NCBI GenBank assembly: GCA_013239625.1
Contig: MU055600.1
Location: 21,837,520 to 21,901,519, forward strand
Source: Lama guanicoe
Lineage: Eukaryota
Direction: 5' to 3'
Length of the DNA stretch: 64,000 nt
The notes below the pieces were generated by a model that was not told the DNA's origin, searched no databases, and saw nothing but the letters and a program-made list of their open reading frames with translations. The position numbers and the translations under genes were made by a program. Positions 36,831 to 47,770 of this stretch are shown one piece after another. The stretch's first letter is position 1. Each line of letters opens with the position of its first letter.

Positions 36831-37649
36831 CATCTGTGCGGCAGCCTCAGCGAGAGAAGGGGCATCTCCTCCTGCTGTGGGAGGGACTCCTGTAGGCACT
36901 GGTGCTGGCCCTGTCACAGTCCCTGGAGTGACAACCCTGGAGAGCCTGGCTACACCGGTGCCTCTGTTCCCTAGCAACGTGCTCCAGCAACAGAGGACTT
37001 TTATTTTGCGCTGGTAGCTGGATGCCACCTCCCTGTTGGCAGAGCCGGCTCTCCTGAAGCCACAGCTCTGAGAGGAGGCACACCTCGGGCTGAACCTGGA
37101 CTTCTTCTCTGTCCTCTCCCCTGGCCTGGAACAACGGTGTAGTCAGTCTGTCATTTGTTGGAGTGTGTTGATTCTCTGTTGCCTTATTCTGGAAGCTATT
37201 GGCTCGTGAAATTATTGTAATTCCCCCGGGGAACCTGCGCTAAGTTACCGCTAAAGACAAACCGGTCTCTGAGCTGAATCTGCCACTCCTCAGACAAAAC
37301 CCAGACAAACAATATGAAACGCCGAGCCATGAGGTGAGACCAAGACCTCTTCCCTGGAGCAGGGGCTGGTGTGTGCTGGGTGTGCGGGCTGCTGAACTCG
37401 CGGTTTATGGCTAAACTTGGTAGAGAAGGGGACGCTCGTGAAGTACATTTGTTCCCTCTTCCAGCAGAAGCTGGCTGAGGCGGACACCGTGAGACGCACA
37501 CCGGTTCCTCCTTCCTGGTCAGACCCCGTTCTGTGGGAGAGGGAACGTCACCAGCACCTCCAGAGTCCCCTTCGGCACAGCTGGTTCCGACCAAAGATTC
37601 GAAGTTTCTTTCTCATCACATGAGCATGAGAAAGCTCTCACTTGCTTAA

Positions 37650-38280
37650 GCCACTGTTCATCAGCTGTTCTGTTACTTCCAACCAAGCAGAATCTCCACC
37701 ATTCTCCAATCCTCAACTGGGTGTCCAGCGATTCAACTCTGACGTTACCTGCCTGGAGTTGCCATCAGACCTTGCAAGTTAAGGGCTCATTCCCACTTCA
37801 GGCACCAGTCCTGGGCCACCCGTCCCGTACTTCTGACCCACCGTCCATAAATCCCCACGACCCCCTCCTCGGGTCTGATGATTTGCTAGAATAGCTCACA
37901 GAACTCAGGAGCACACTTAACGTTTGCCGGCTTCTGAGAAAAGACATAACTGAGGAACAAGAGGAAGAGCTGCACAGGGCCAGGCACGGGGGTGTGTGCA
38001 GGAGGGCGGGACCGGGTCGCCGGCCAGCAGGGACTGAACTCAATCTCCAGCCCCTCTCCCTTCCTCGGAGATTGCGTGGGTTAGGGTTCCAAGTCCCAGT
38101 CTTTTAATCACGCCTTGGTCTTTGGGGTGACCAGCCCCATCCTGAAGCTGTTGGGATCCCCAGCACGGGTCATCTCACCAGCATACAGAAGACATTATCC
38201 CTCAGGAGAGCCCAAGGGTTTAGGAGTTCTGCGCCAGGAGCCAGGGACAAGGACCAAATATTTATTTTTCATTCTACCAT
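37650..38280 (-). mobile_element. MER21-family ERV solo LTR
   Basis: 'aactgggtgtccagcgattcaactctgac...gatttgctagaatagctcacagaactcagg...ggtctttggggtgaccagccccatcctgaagc...cccaagggttttaggagttctgcgccagga...gggacaaggaccaaata'. Confidence 0.85.
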
Positions 38281-38351
38281 AGACTCGTATCTAATTCACA
38301 GGCCAGCTACTCACTGGGTATCTCCATTAATTTTCACTGCATAACAAAGCA

Positions 38352-38668
38352 CAAGATGGTCCCTGACTTATGATGGTTTGACTTACGACTTTGCGATGGC
38401 ATGAAAGTGAATACACATTCAGTAGAAATCTAATCAGAATTTTGAATTCTAATCTTTTCCGGGCTAGTGCTACGCAGTGGGGGTGCGCTGGTAAAGCTGG
38501 GGCATTCCCAGTCAGCCCCCAGATCACCAGGGTAAGCAGCCAGCACATTTGTAACCATTCTGTACCTACACAACTGTCTGTTTTTCACTTTCAGTACAGT
38601 TCTCAATAAGCTACATGAGCTATTCAATACTTTGTTGCAGAATTGTCTTTGTGTTGGATGATTTTGCC
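38352..38668. mobile_element. MER47 (Tigger5) DNA transposon fragment
   Basis: TIR-like 'gatggtccctgacttatgatggtttgactta' and 'ctgtttttcactttcagtacag...acatgagctattcaatacttt...tttgtgttggatgattttgccc'. Confidence 0.85.
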
Positions 38669-40069
38669 CTTCTGGGGCACCACCGCCCCCACACTCAAGT
38701 CCTCATCCAGGTCAGAATCTCAGGTGCTCACCTGACTTGCCTGCCTCACTCATCTCTGTTACCGGGCTGGCCTCTCAAGGCTTTTGAGTTGCAACCCCTG
38801 CATTAAACCTACCCTGAATTTTCTCTTTTTTACCATCACCCCCATTCCCCGCATCTTCCCTCCATAAAATATGCACATTGTCATCTCCCACTCATTCAGC
38901 ATAATCCCGTTACTGCACCTTATGGAAAGCTTTTCCCAGCTTGAGGTCAGCTCATCAGAGAATCCTTTGCCTTTCATTGAAGCAGTGCCAAAAACCCCAC
39001 CTCCTTTTAAAAGCCTTGCTTCTCTTACCAATGGTGAAACAGCGTGCATTCGTCTGGATTCAACATGTTTAAAAACAGGACTCCACAGTCAGTCCCCTCC
39101 TTCATCAGGTCTCAGGTCAAAGCTTGATTCGAAATACCCCTGTTTCTGAGCTACAGAAGGTGTTTGAGACACAAGCACAGAGTCTTCATGCAAAGCAGCA
39201 TCCCCCACATGAGGACCAAGAAGCAGACTGAGTCCTTTTCAAAGAGACACATTTGGTCCAAATTTGGAGAATCGCTGAGGGCAGTGACTCTCCTGGTGTA
39301 GTCCTTGGAGCATCGCCACCAGAACCACCTGTCAGCTGGTTAAGAATGCCACGTCTCCACACCACCTCTGACCCAACGGAGCAGGCACTCTAGGGAGCAG
39401 CCCAGCAGCCTGCGTTCAACCAGCCTCCGGGTCGTGCTGACGCACGCGGTAGCTAGACAGCCACCAACTAGGGCCACTCCCACCGCCGGGCCCCGTGGTC
39501 CCAACCTGAGCGCAGCACAGTGAGCGGCTGCCTCCCTCCCCTGACGCGCACCTGCAAAAGGGGCAGCTGGCTCTGCTGCCCTCTGTATGTTTCCCAAAGT
39601 CCCTGATGGCTGCAGGTAAGTGGTTCCCAAAGTGGCTCAGCGTCAGCACCACCCGAGTGAGGACGGACGCCCAGCCTGCCGCCCTCACCCGAACCAGGAG
39701 GTCTGGGCTGGAGCCTGGAGTGTGTGCAGCTCTAACAGGCTCCCAGGGATGCTAGTGACCACGAGGGCTCGGAAACCCTTTGTAGAAGGTACCTGCTCAT
39801 GGGTTCACCTCTTTCCCACTCCCACTGTCTACAGGTTGGCACTTGAATTCCTGGAAAACTATTTTCAAAGCCTCTAGATTCTGCCGCTGGTTTTGGAAGG
39901 CTGCTAAGTGGCAGTGTGGTGGCTACGGAGTGGCACACCTGTCTGGCCGCCGCTCCGCCGCGGAGTGGCACACCTGTCTGCACACCGCACCGCCGCACAT
40001 GCAAACTGTAGCTTTTGCGCCCAAATGCCCACAAGGCCGAACGATTCGGCCAGCCTGCCCTCTGAGGCT

Positions 40070-40440
40070 CTCTGCAATGCCGTTTGACCCATAATGTGCT
40101 TTCTGCCTGGCCACAGGGGATTGTTGGCAGGCCTTCTGGAGGGTTAAATAAATGATGGGCTTCTCCGTGGTCACAGGAAACCATCTCCAGGTCAATGATA
40201 CCGCGAAGCAGGGCTTTACGGAGCTTGCTAAGATGAAAACATCAGCTCCCACTAACCACATCCCCTCGTTTCTGAAACTTTGAAGCTTCATTGCTGCAAA
40301 AAGGAGCACAATCAAGCCTCGATAAAATGTTAATAGCGGGCACTGCGCTCTGCAGCCAGCCTGCAATTAGCCGTTGCTACGCTACGGGCAGAGCCCAATC
40401 ACGGTAATGAGGCAAACAAAGGGAGGGGATTCATCAGGGC
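40070..40440. promoter_or_regulatory. Enhancer-like non-repeat island
   Basis: CTTTGAAG (TCF/LEF) 40278, ACAAT and AACAAAG (SOX), CAATTA/TAAT, GATAA, CCAAT 40395; AT-richer than flanks. Confidence 0.4.
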
Positions 40441-40707
40441 TCTGAGGCCAGCGCGCAGCCGGCTCCACTCCGAGCGCTGGTTTCCGAGAGGCGGCAGCTG
40501 TGCCCCTGGGAAATCTCAGTCCTCCGCGAGGTCCACAAGGTCGCCGGGCTGGGCGGGTCGGGGGCGGGCGGGTGTGATCTTCCCAGTAAGGAAGGCTGGT
40601 GTGCGGCATCATCCCTCCCACCACCGTGAGGACGCGCGCATGTGAAAACCGGTGCTGCCCCGACTTCGTGCAGGAACCCATGCGAGAGCGCGCGCCGCCC
40701 TCCAGGA

Positions 40708-40872
40708 CTCTGCTCTCCCACGTGTGCTCCCGGGAGCGGTCGCGTCCACTCCATCTGGGAGCTTGTAAGAAATGCAGGTTCTCGGGCCCACCTGGCCCTC
40801 CTGCGTCACAGCTGGATTTTAACAAGATACCCAGCTGGTCCGTGTGCACACGGAAGCCGAGACGCCCTGCTC
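40708..40872. mobile_element. MER5A1 MITE, GC-shifted
   Basis: 'catctgggagcttgtaagaaatgcaggttctcgggcccacc...attttaacaagatacccagctggtccgtgtgcacac'. Confidence 0.8.
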
Positions 40873-41219
40873 TGGGAGACCTCACCCTAGTGAGGACAGC
40901 AGTTGTTATGACAATGACAGTGACCCTCGCTTCTGCCGGGTTCTGTGTGAGGCATTCTACACGAGACTCTCCCTCCATCCTCACCATCACTCCAGGGACC
41001 TCTCCCCATTACGCACGTGAAGAAATGGAGGATCCGAGAAGTTAAAAAACTTGTCCACGTCCACTGGACTAGTAGTGGTAGGAAACAGAAACGTAATTTC
41101 AGGGTTTCCTGATGGCAAAGCCTGGCTTCTTAGCCCCTGGTCTGGAACGCGACCCATCACACGCAGGTGAAGGGTGATTAAAAGTGACCGCCGTTCAGAT
41201 CAGTGCGCGGTAACAGGTC

Positions 41220-41640
41220 GCAATGGGCTTAAAAAGGAGGACAGTTTGAAGGCTGATAAAGGGGCAGTGATCCTCTTTGGTCGGAGATCAGGGAAGAAGG
41301 AAGTAGCATTTGTGCTGGAATTTGAATGAGAAGTAGGATTTACACACAAAAGAAAAAAAAATGATGGGAAGGGCGTTCCTGGCAGCCGGATCAGCACAGC
41401 AAAGTGCAGTGATCTGAAGACGTGAAGAGTGTCTCCCCAGCCAGCGAGTGGAGCACTCAGGTCTGGTGCGTGTGTGAGCGGGAGCTGGGTGACGGACAGC
41501 CCTGAAGGTCGAGGGAAGGGTCTGAACTTCATTAGGAGGTGATGAGGATTCACGGGGGGTGTCTGACTGCGGTGTGGGGCGGTCAGGCCAAGCTCCAGAG
41601 AGAGCTGTCTTGGAGATTATGGTCTGCACAGAGAAGACCG
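41220..41640 (-). mobile_element. L2 LINE fragment
   Basis: 'gatcagggaagaaggaagtagcatttgtgctggaatttgaatgag...gggaagggcgttcctggcag...agcacagcaaag'. Confidence 0.65.
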
Positions 41641-42478
41641 GAGGGCCTGAGAGCCCCAAGGCACCGCGGGGTCTGAGTCAGGGAGGTCCTGGGGGAGGGT
41701 CCAGGGCACTGGGAAGAGTCAGAGCCTCCGACGGCGGGCTCCCACCCGGGTGACCAGGAGAACACTGAGACAGAGGGAGGGGTGGTTTGGGGGAAAATGG
41801 CACAGTCTGAGATGGAGGACATCTGACATGGTTCACAGCTTCCCATCAGCAACACCAATGTTCATTCAATAGCTGTTGATCCAGAGGGACAGCGAAGTCA
41901 GTAAGGCCCAGAAGCGAGCCCGCGGCAGCCCACAGTGACGGGTACCCCGTTCAGGGCCCGAGCTCAGTGCTCCGCAGGAAGGGTCCTTCTGACCCGACCT
42001 GTCACGTCTTCACTCAAAACCCAGGACATGTCTTACAATCACCCGGGAGCTTCAGAAACACCAGGACTCACCTCCTGAAAGATGTGTGCACGGGCGGCAG
42101 TGAGTGACGGTCCAGGCTCAGAAGGCGAGGGTCTCGGCTGAGCCTGGGTGGACCTTCCAGTTCTGTCGATGCCCTTTAGCCAGACCACCAGGAGGACACC
42201 CAGTGAAACCAGGCAAATGCACTCCTCACTGTGGAGGCGGAGAGCGCCCCCCGGGGGGCGTGGGGGTCAGGGGCGTGTTCTGCCCACAAGGAGGTCTCAG
42301 AAGGAACCCATCACAACACTGGAGCCTTGCTGGGAGCCCTGGGGGAGGGTCTCAGGAAGTGGGGGTCGCTCTGGATCCGGTGTCTTCAGAAAGCGGGGGC
42401 ACTTGCATTTCAGTCAATCCCACTTATTTCGGGGGAGACGAGCATGAAGACAAAGTTGAAACTGGTAAAGAAGTAGCA

Positions 42479-42703
42479 AAGGATAAACTGGGAGTTGGAG
42501 ATTTGCAGATACTACTGTACATAAGGCAGACAGTAAGTTGCTGTTGTAGAGCACGGGGAACTACATTCAGGCTCTTGTAAGAGTAATCTGTGATGGAGAA
42601 GAACGTGAGAAGGAATGTATGTTTGTATGCGTGTGCCTGAAACACGATGCTGCGCACCAGAAAGTGACACGACACTATAAACTGACTGTCCCTCAAGTAA
42701 AAA
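42479..42703 (+). mobile_element. Short camelid-type L1 3' UTR insertion with TSD
   Basis: 'ggataaactgggagttggagatttgcagatactac...caccagaaagtgacacgacactataaactgactgtccctcaagtaaaaaaa'; TSD core aagtagca at 42471-42478 and 42704-42711. Confidence 0.9.
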
Positions 42704-45700
42704 AAGTAGCAGTCACTCGTCTCGGCCAAGAGAGGGGGTGTTTGGTGGGTGGCGCTGCCCCCGTTTTCGCCTGTGCTTAGACGACACTGTGAGGCGGACT
42801 TGCTTCACCTCATTTTGTCCTGGTCTCCGAGCACACTTGTCTGGGGCTGGTGAAACTGGTCCTGTCTACTGGGAGCGTAACCTGGCTTAGCCGTGGGCTA
42901 AGGTCAGGCCTGAAGGTCAGGCTGCCCATCCCGGCTCCCCCACCACCAGCAGAAGGGCGGGAAGACAGAACAGAGGCAAAAGGAAGCGCAAAGAAGGTGC
43001 AAATGTGAGAAAGTGAGGAGAAGAGGAACGAAGGGGGTCGGTGAGGGTGGGTGTGGGGAGACCAGTCCTCATGGATTCCGCTTCCAGCTCTGAACTGCAG
43101 GCATCGCCACTGAGCGTGGGTGGCAGCGCAGGAGGCCCCCAGCGAGCCCCAGGACGGGGGGCTGCCATTCATTCCCTTGCCCCGCCCCTGCTGTCCGGGG
43201 GACGCGCCGACCCTGCCCCTGGGAGCCACGCCCTTTCCCGCCATCTTTCTGGCTTCAGTGACTGGTGGCGCCCAGTTTGGTGTGAAGGGGAGTCTGCTGG
43301 TGGAAGGGGAGGAGGGTGAGCGGTGAGGGGAGCCCAGCCGGCGACTGTGTGCGCGCGTGCGTGCGTGTGCTCACTCTGGCCTAGAGAAATCTTGGCCAGA
43401 CCATTTCCACCCAAGATGCCTGCACTGAGGGCCTCCTGCACCTGGAGCCTGGCCCCAGAGCAGGTGTCTGCAGCCTCACCTCTGCTCCCACCTCTCGAGA
43501 GGAGGAGGGCCCGCACCTGGGCCCTTTAAGCTCCCCCTGGCTGGGGGTGCCGTCTGAGAGACCAGGGCCCCTCCTCCGCTTTAGGGCTGGCTCTACCTAC
43601 GAAACCCTGACGACCCGGGGCCTGGGGCACGGCAGGACCCAGACGGCCCCAACACGCTGTATCTTTTGTGCCGTTCTTGCCTTGGCTCAGCCCTCCCCTC
43701 TCCCCGGAAAACCGGGGCTACCCTGCCCTAGTCAGACTCCACAACTGAATGCAAAGGCCCGCCTCCCCCAGCGGAGTCAGTCCTGCCCGGCAGTGCTCCC
43801 AGAGGGAGGCCTGCGCCCCGCTTCCCCGGGAAGCCTCTGCCGCTCTCCTTACGTGTTCCTCACCTGAGTGTCGTTCCAACCGAACGGGGCCTGGCTTATT
43901 TGCCGCTTGGTCCCCAGGCCCTGGGACTCGGCCAGGCTCATGGTAGACATCTGGTAAATGTGTGGGAAGGAAGGGAGGGGAGGGGAGAGGAGACCCTGAG
44001 GCGTCCTAGAGGTGGGGGAGGCGGGGTGTGCAGAAACCCTCTGACGGAGTGCAGCCTGGTTGATGCCAAAAATGGTCGAGGACTCCTCACCTGGGCCCCG
44101 CGGCAGCTCCCGCCCATGCGCCTTCCCGGATTCGAGCGTCTGCAGAGTCAGGAGCGAATGAGGCAGACCTGGGAAGCCCTCAACCGGGGAAGGATCTGGG
44201 CCAGGGAAGCAGCAGCTGTCTCGGTGTTAGTCCAGGAAGGCCTCAAAGGAGGGGTGACTGGCCCACGTCTCCCCTGTTGACACAACCCAGCGACCATTTC
44301 AACCCAGGGACTTTGACGCTCTCTAGAATCAGCTCCTCACCGAAGCCACGGAGAAAACTGAAACCAAACTAAGACCGGAAGCAAAGCTCCCTGGGAAGCA
44401 AGATGGGGAGCTGGGAGACATCACCCAAGAGCAGCCCCCTTGGGCAGAAGCAGAGGTTGGCGGGCAGCACGCACGGGGCAGTGGGTCTCTGGGCCGCCGG
44501 GCCTCCGTCTGGGCCCTGCAGGGGGTGGGGGCCTGCGCGCCGGGTCGTGGGACGCGCGGGGCGCGGAGCCTCCGGGTGCAGACTCAGGCGTGAGCACTTC
44601 AGTTTCGCCCTCCGCCCCGGCCTCAGCGGAGCTGCCAAATGAAAGCGATGATCAGCATGTGCTGGTGACTCACAGCCTTGTCACCGGTGAGACGCGCAAG
44701 AGGGCCGGGACAGGCGGGGAGGGCAAGGGGGATTTCCTTCCAGCTTGCAGTGTGCCTGGCGGTCAGCACCTCAGGGCTCACCTCCTGTCAAGTCCTACCT
44801 GGAGCCGCGTCAGGGACCACAGAGGCTCAGAGTCAGCCCCGCGGGAGGGAGGAGGGGGCTGGGAGCCACATCTGAAATGTCCCCCTGAGCCCACCCCATG
44901 GGGCACAGGGCAGCCTCTCGCAGTCTGTGGTTTCAAAGATGCCTCCCAGAGTGGAAGGAGCAAAGGCCTGGAAGTCAGAGAAGCCAGGGTTCAAATCCCA
45001 GCCCCCCACCTCCCGTTCTGTGATCTCCCACAAAGCGCGAGAACTCCCCCGAGCTTCTGTTTCACCTTCTGTCACCAGAGAACAAGGCCTTCCTCCGAGG
45101 CTGCAGAGGAGACAGGATGGACCAGAAGGCCTGGCATTCTGGAAATGCGCGGGAAAGGAGGTTCCCTGCCCCCATCCCCACCCCCTTCCCAGGATAGCAG
45201 CAGGCCCCCCAACACACGAGACAGCCTCCTTTCTCATGATTTAATTATTCAGGAATCCACCTGAATCTAAACACTCTGTGCATGTGTCTTTGGCAGAGGA
45301 AGCACCTGGCTGGAAGTGGTGGCCTGTGGGTTCCAAATATTGACTCTCCGGTCGGTGAAGCAGAATTTCTACTTTGTCCTAAAGCCTGTCCATCCACTGC
45401 AGGGAGGGCCTCACACTGGAGCGAGCTAGGATTGGACAGCCTTTCCCATCATGATTTTATCGACCCTAATCACCTGTCTGTCCAGACGTCGAGCCTCCAA
45501 GTCTTCAGCTTCAAGTGATTCATCTCAAAGGCCACGCCCACGGCCCTCCTCTGCTGTTTAACGGGAGAAGGGGTGCTGGGTGCCCCAGAGCCTTAGCTGC
45601 CTCTGTCAATGGGAAGGCACGGTTGTCCCTGCCACGCTCGGGCACGCTGCCAGCCAGGTAGACAATGATTAAGAGGCCCTTTGAAACCCCAGCTGCCTAC

Positions 45701-46530
45701 AGCGCTCTCCACCGACTGAGCAGCGGGGGAAGCGTTACCGAGCTCCCCTACGCCTTTCTTTAAATTACCTCCTGGCTCCAAAGTCCACCTCGGAGCAGGG
45801 CGCTGGCCACATGGTGCAGAACGTTCACCATCCGTCAGCTGTCACTTGGGCACGGAGCCCAATCAGATCATCAGTCGGTCCTTCCAGCACCCACAGACTG
45901 GGAGCTAGCTGGGGCGAGGGGGTGCCTTGGGGGGCTGTCCAGCCTGACTGCAGCCCCTGATTTAACTGAGAGGTGACCTGAAGTGTCACACGGTCCTCTG
46001 GCCTGGGCCACCTGTCTTCAGCCCCAGCTGGGACCACCACATCACCTGCTGGCTGGTCTGCTGCCCCTGACTGTGCTCTTCACCAGGCAGCCAGAGTGAT
46101 CAGCTTGAACCCTAAATGAGGTCAAGCTCTGATTATCCTGAATGCCATCTCAACTCCGTGCCTGGCCTCCGAGGCCCCAGGCGGCCTGGTGCCTGGCAGG
46201 TCCCCCATCCTCAGTCTCTAGCCCTCCAGCCTGTGCTTACCAAGCTCCAGCCTCACTGGTCTTCTCGCCCCAGCTCCCCAAATGTACCAAAATCTTTCCA
46301 GCCTCAGGGCCTTTGCACGTGCTCTCTCCCCAGCTTCCTTGTGTAACATGAGGATAATAACATGTGTTCCTCTCATGGTCGTCGTGAGGATTAAAAGACT
46401 GGAGGTGTCTGCATGTGACGGTCATTTCATGTTCCTTGCAGCCTTGCCCTCTCCCTCCCGCCCTCTTCCTACCCTCTCACACAAGTCCAGGAGATGCTGT
46501 GCTGAAGCAGGGACAGCAGGTCCCACAGGG

Positions 46531-46544
46531 GTTGCTATGGGAAC
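46531..46544. promoter_or_regulatory. RFX X-box-like palindrome
   Basis: GTTGCTATGGGAAC within ggggttgctatgggaacccc; AP-1 TGACTCA about 110 bp downstream. Confidence 0.45.
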
Positions 46545-47134
46545 CCCGGCCCCAAGTGCAGTAGCTGGGGGTGCCCACCGCTGTGCGGGGCCGGCTGCAA
46601 TGACTCTGCCTTTTGGAGCAGAAAAGCCCAGCTGCTCCTGTCCCCTCGGTCCTGACTCAGGTCGATTCACAGAGCTACAAGCAGAGCAGCTGTGCAGCTT
46701 GGGGAGATGGGAGGAGGAACGTACCCTGTAAAGCCCTCGGCTTCCAGGCTCAGGGGAGACTGGCAGATGGGAAGAGCATCCTCAGCTGAGTTCTCAGGCT
46801 GGAAACAAGCCCTCAGAAGCCGTGCAGCCGATCGAGCCAACAGCAAACGTGCAGTGAAGCAGTGCCGGAGCCCAGCACTGAGCCGGGCGGGCAGTGAGGG
46901 GTGCGGGATCAGAAAGCATCCGTGGAGAGACGTCAGAGGAAACAAAAACCGAAGTTGACAACAGCAGCCACCACGAGCGAGCCGCTCCGCAAAGTCCTTC
47001 CCCAGCTCCTCCGAGGCCGGTACCGTCAAGTGCGCCAGGAGAGGCGAATGCGCCCTTTGACCCCGCGCAGGCTGGTAAGCTACCGCGCGTGCCTGAGTCG
47101 CCTGGCCGGGAAGGGTCACCTGGGGTGATCTGAT

Positions 47135-47770
47135 CAATTCATTTACTCAGCACCCCCGGGAGTTTGTTGAGCATCCGTGTGTTTGGGGCTCTGCACTGGA
47201 CGTGCTGGGAGTTCAGTGGGAGCAGCTCAAGGGCACGCAGGTGACAGTGATACTGGCGAGGGCCGGAGAAAGGACAGCGAAAGCCACGGGGCAGGATGAC
47301 ATCAGTGCGAAGCGGGGAGGTGACGGCTCAACTGGGCCGTGAAGGATGGAAGGATGGTAGGTTAACAGCGGAGATGATGGACGGGGAGGGGGACTTCTCA
47401 GGGGGAGTCGGCAGGGGACAGCTCCCCTGGGGGGCCCTGGGGCTCTAAGCCAGGGCTGAGGCCAGACCACGAGCCCAAGCCAGACTGCACACGGCCCTGT
47501 AGGGGATCTGAATTTCACCTGGTAGGGAAGGGAGGCCTCTGAAGGGTTTTCCGGAGGAAGAGATGGGGTCAGATTTGCCTGATACCCATGCCCTCATGCA
47601 CAGGATGCACTGAGGAGGGGTCAGAATAGGGGCTGAGATCCAGACAGGGGACTGCTGACACTGTCCGGCGGCCCAGGTGGGGGTTTAAGGGACTAGGGCT
47701 GTGGCAGGGTGAGGAAGAGGGACAGTTAGGAGAAGCATTTCAGAGATGGAATGAGTAACCCTCACTGGTG
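47135..47770 (-). mobile_element. L2 LINE fragment, GC-shifted
   Basis: 'aattcatttactcagc...gtttgttgagcatccgtgtg' (L2 tail, reverse) through 'ggaggcctctgaagggttttccggaggaagagatggggtcagatttg'. Confidence 0.6.

Noticed and set aside
42060-42085. Apparent 3-nt micro-exon on the minus strand (tttcAG GAG GTGAGT)
   Set aside because: Lies within a decayed MER5-like fragment; short pyrimidine tract; likely chance.
42245-42260. Perfect 16-bp palindrome CGCCCCCCGGGGGGCG
   Set aside because: About one such palindrome is expected by chance in 64 kb, more in GC-rich DNA.
44440-45264. Longest ORF (274 aa), and similar long ORFs at 23732-24475, 52184-52831 and 61907-62623
   Set aside because: Low-complexity Pro/Gly/Arg/Ser translations expected from stop-poor GC-rich DNA; some run through MIR/L2 remnants; no recognisable domain or exon structure.
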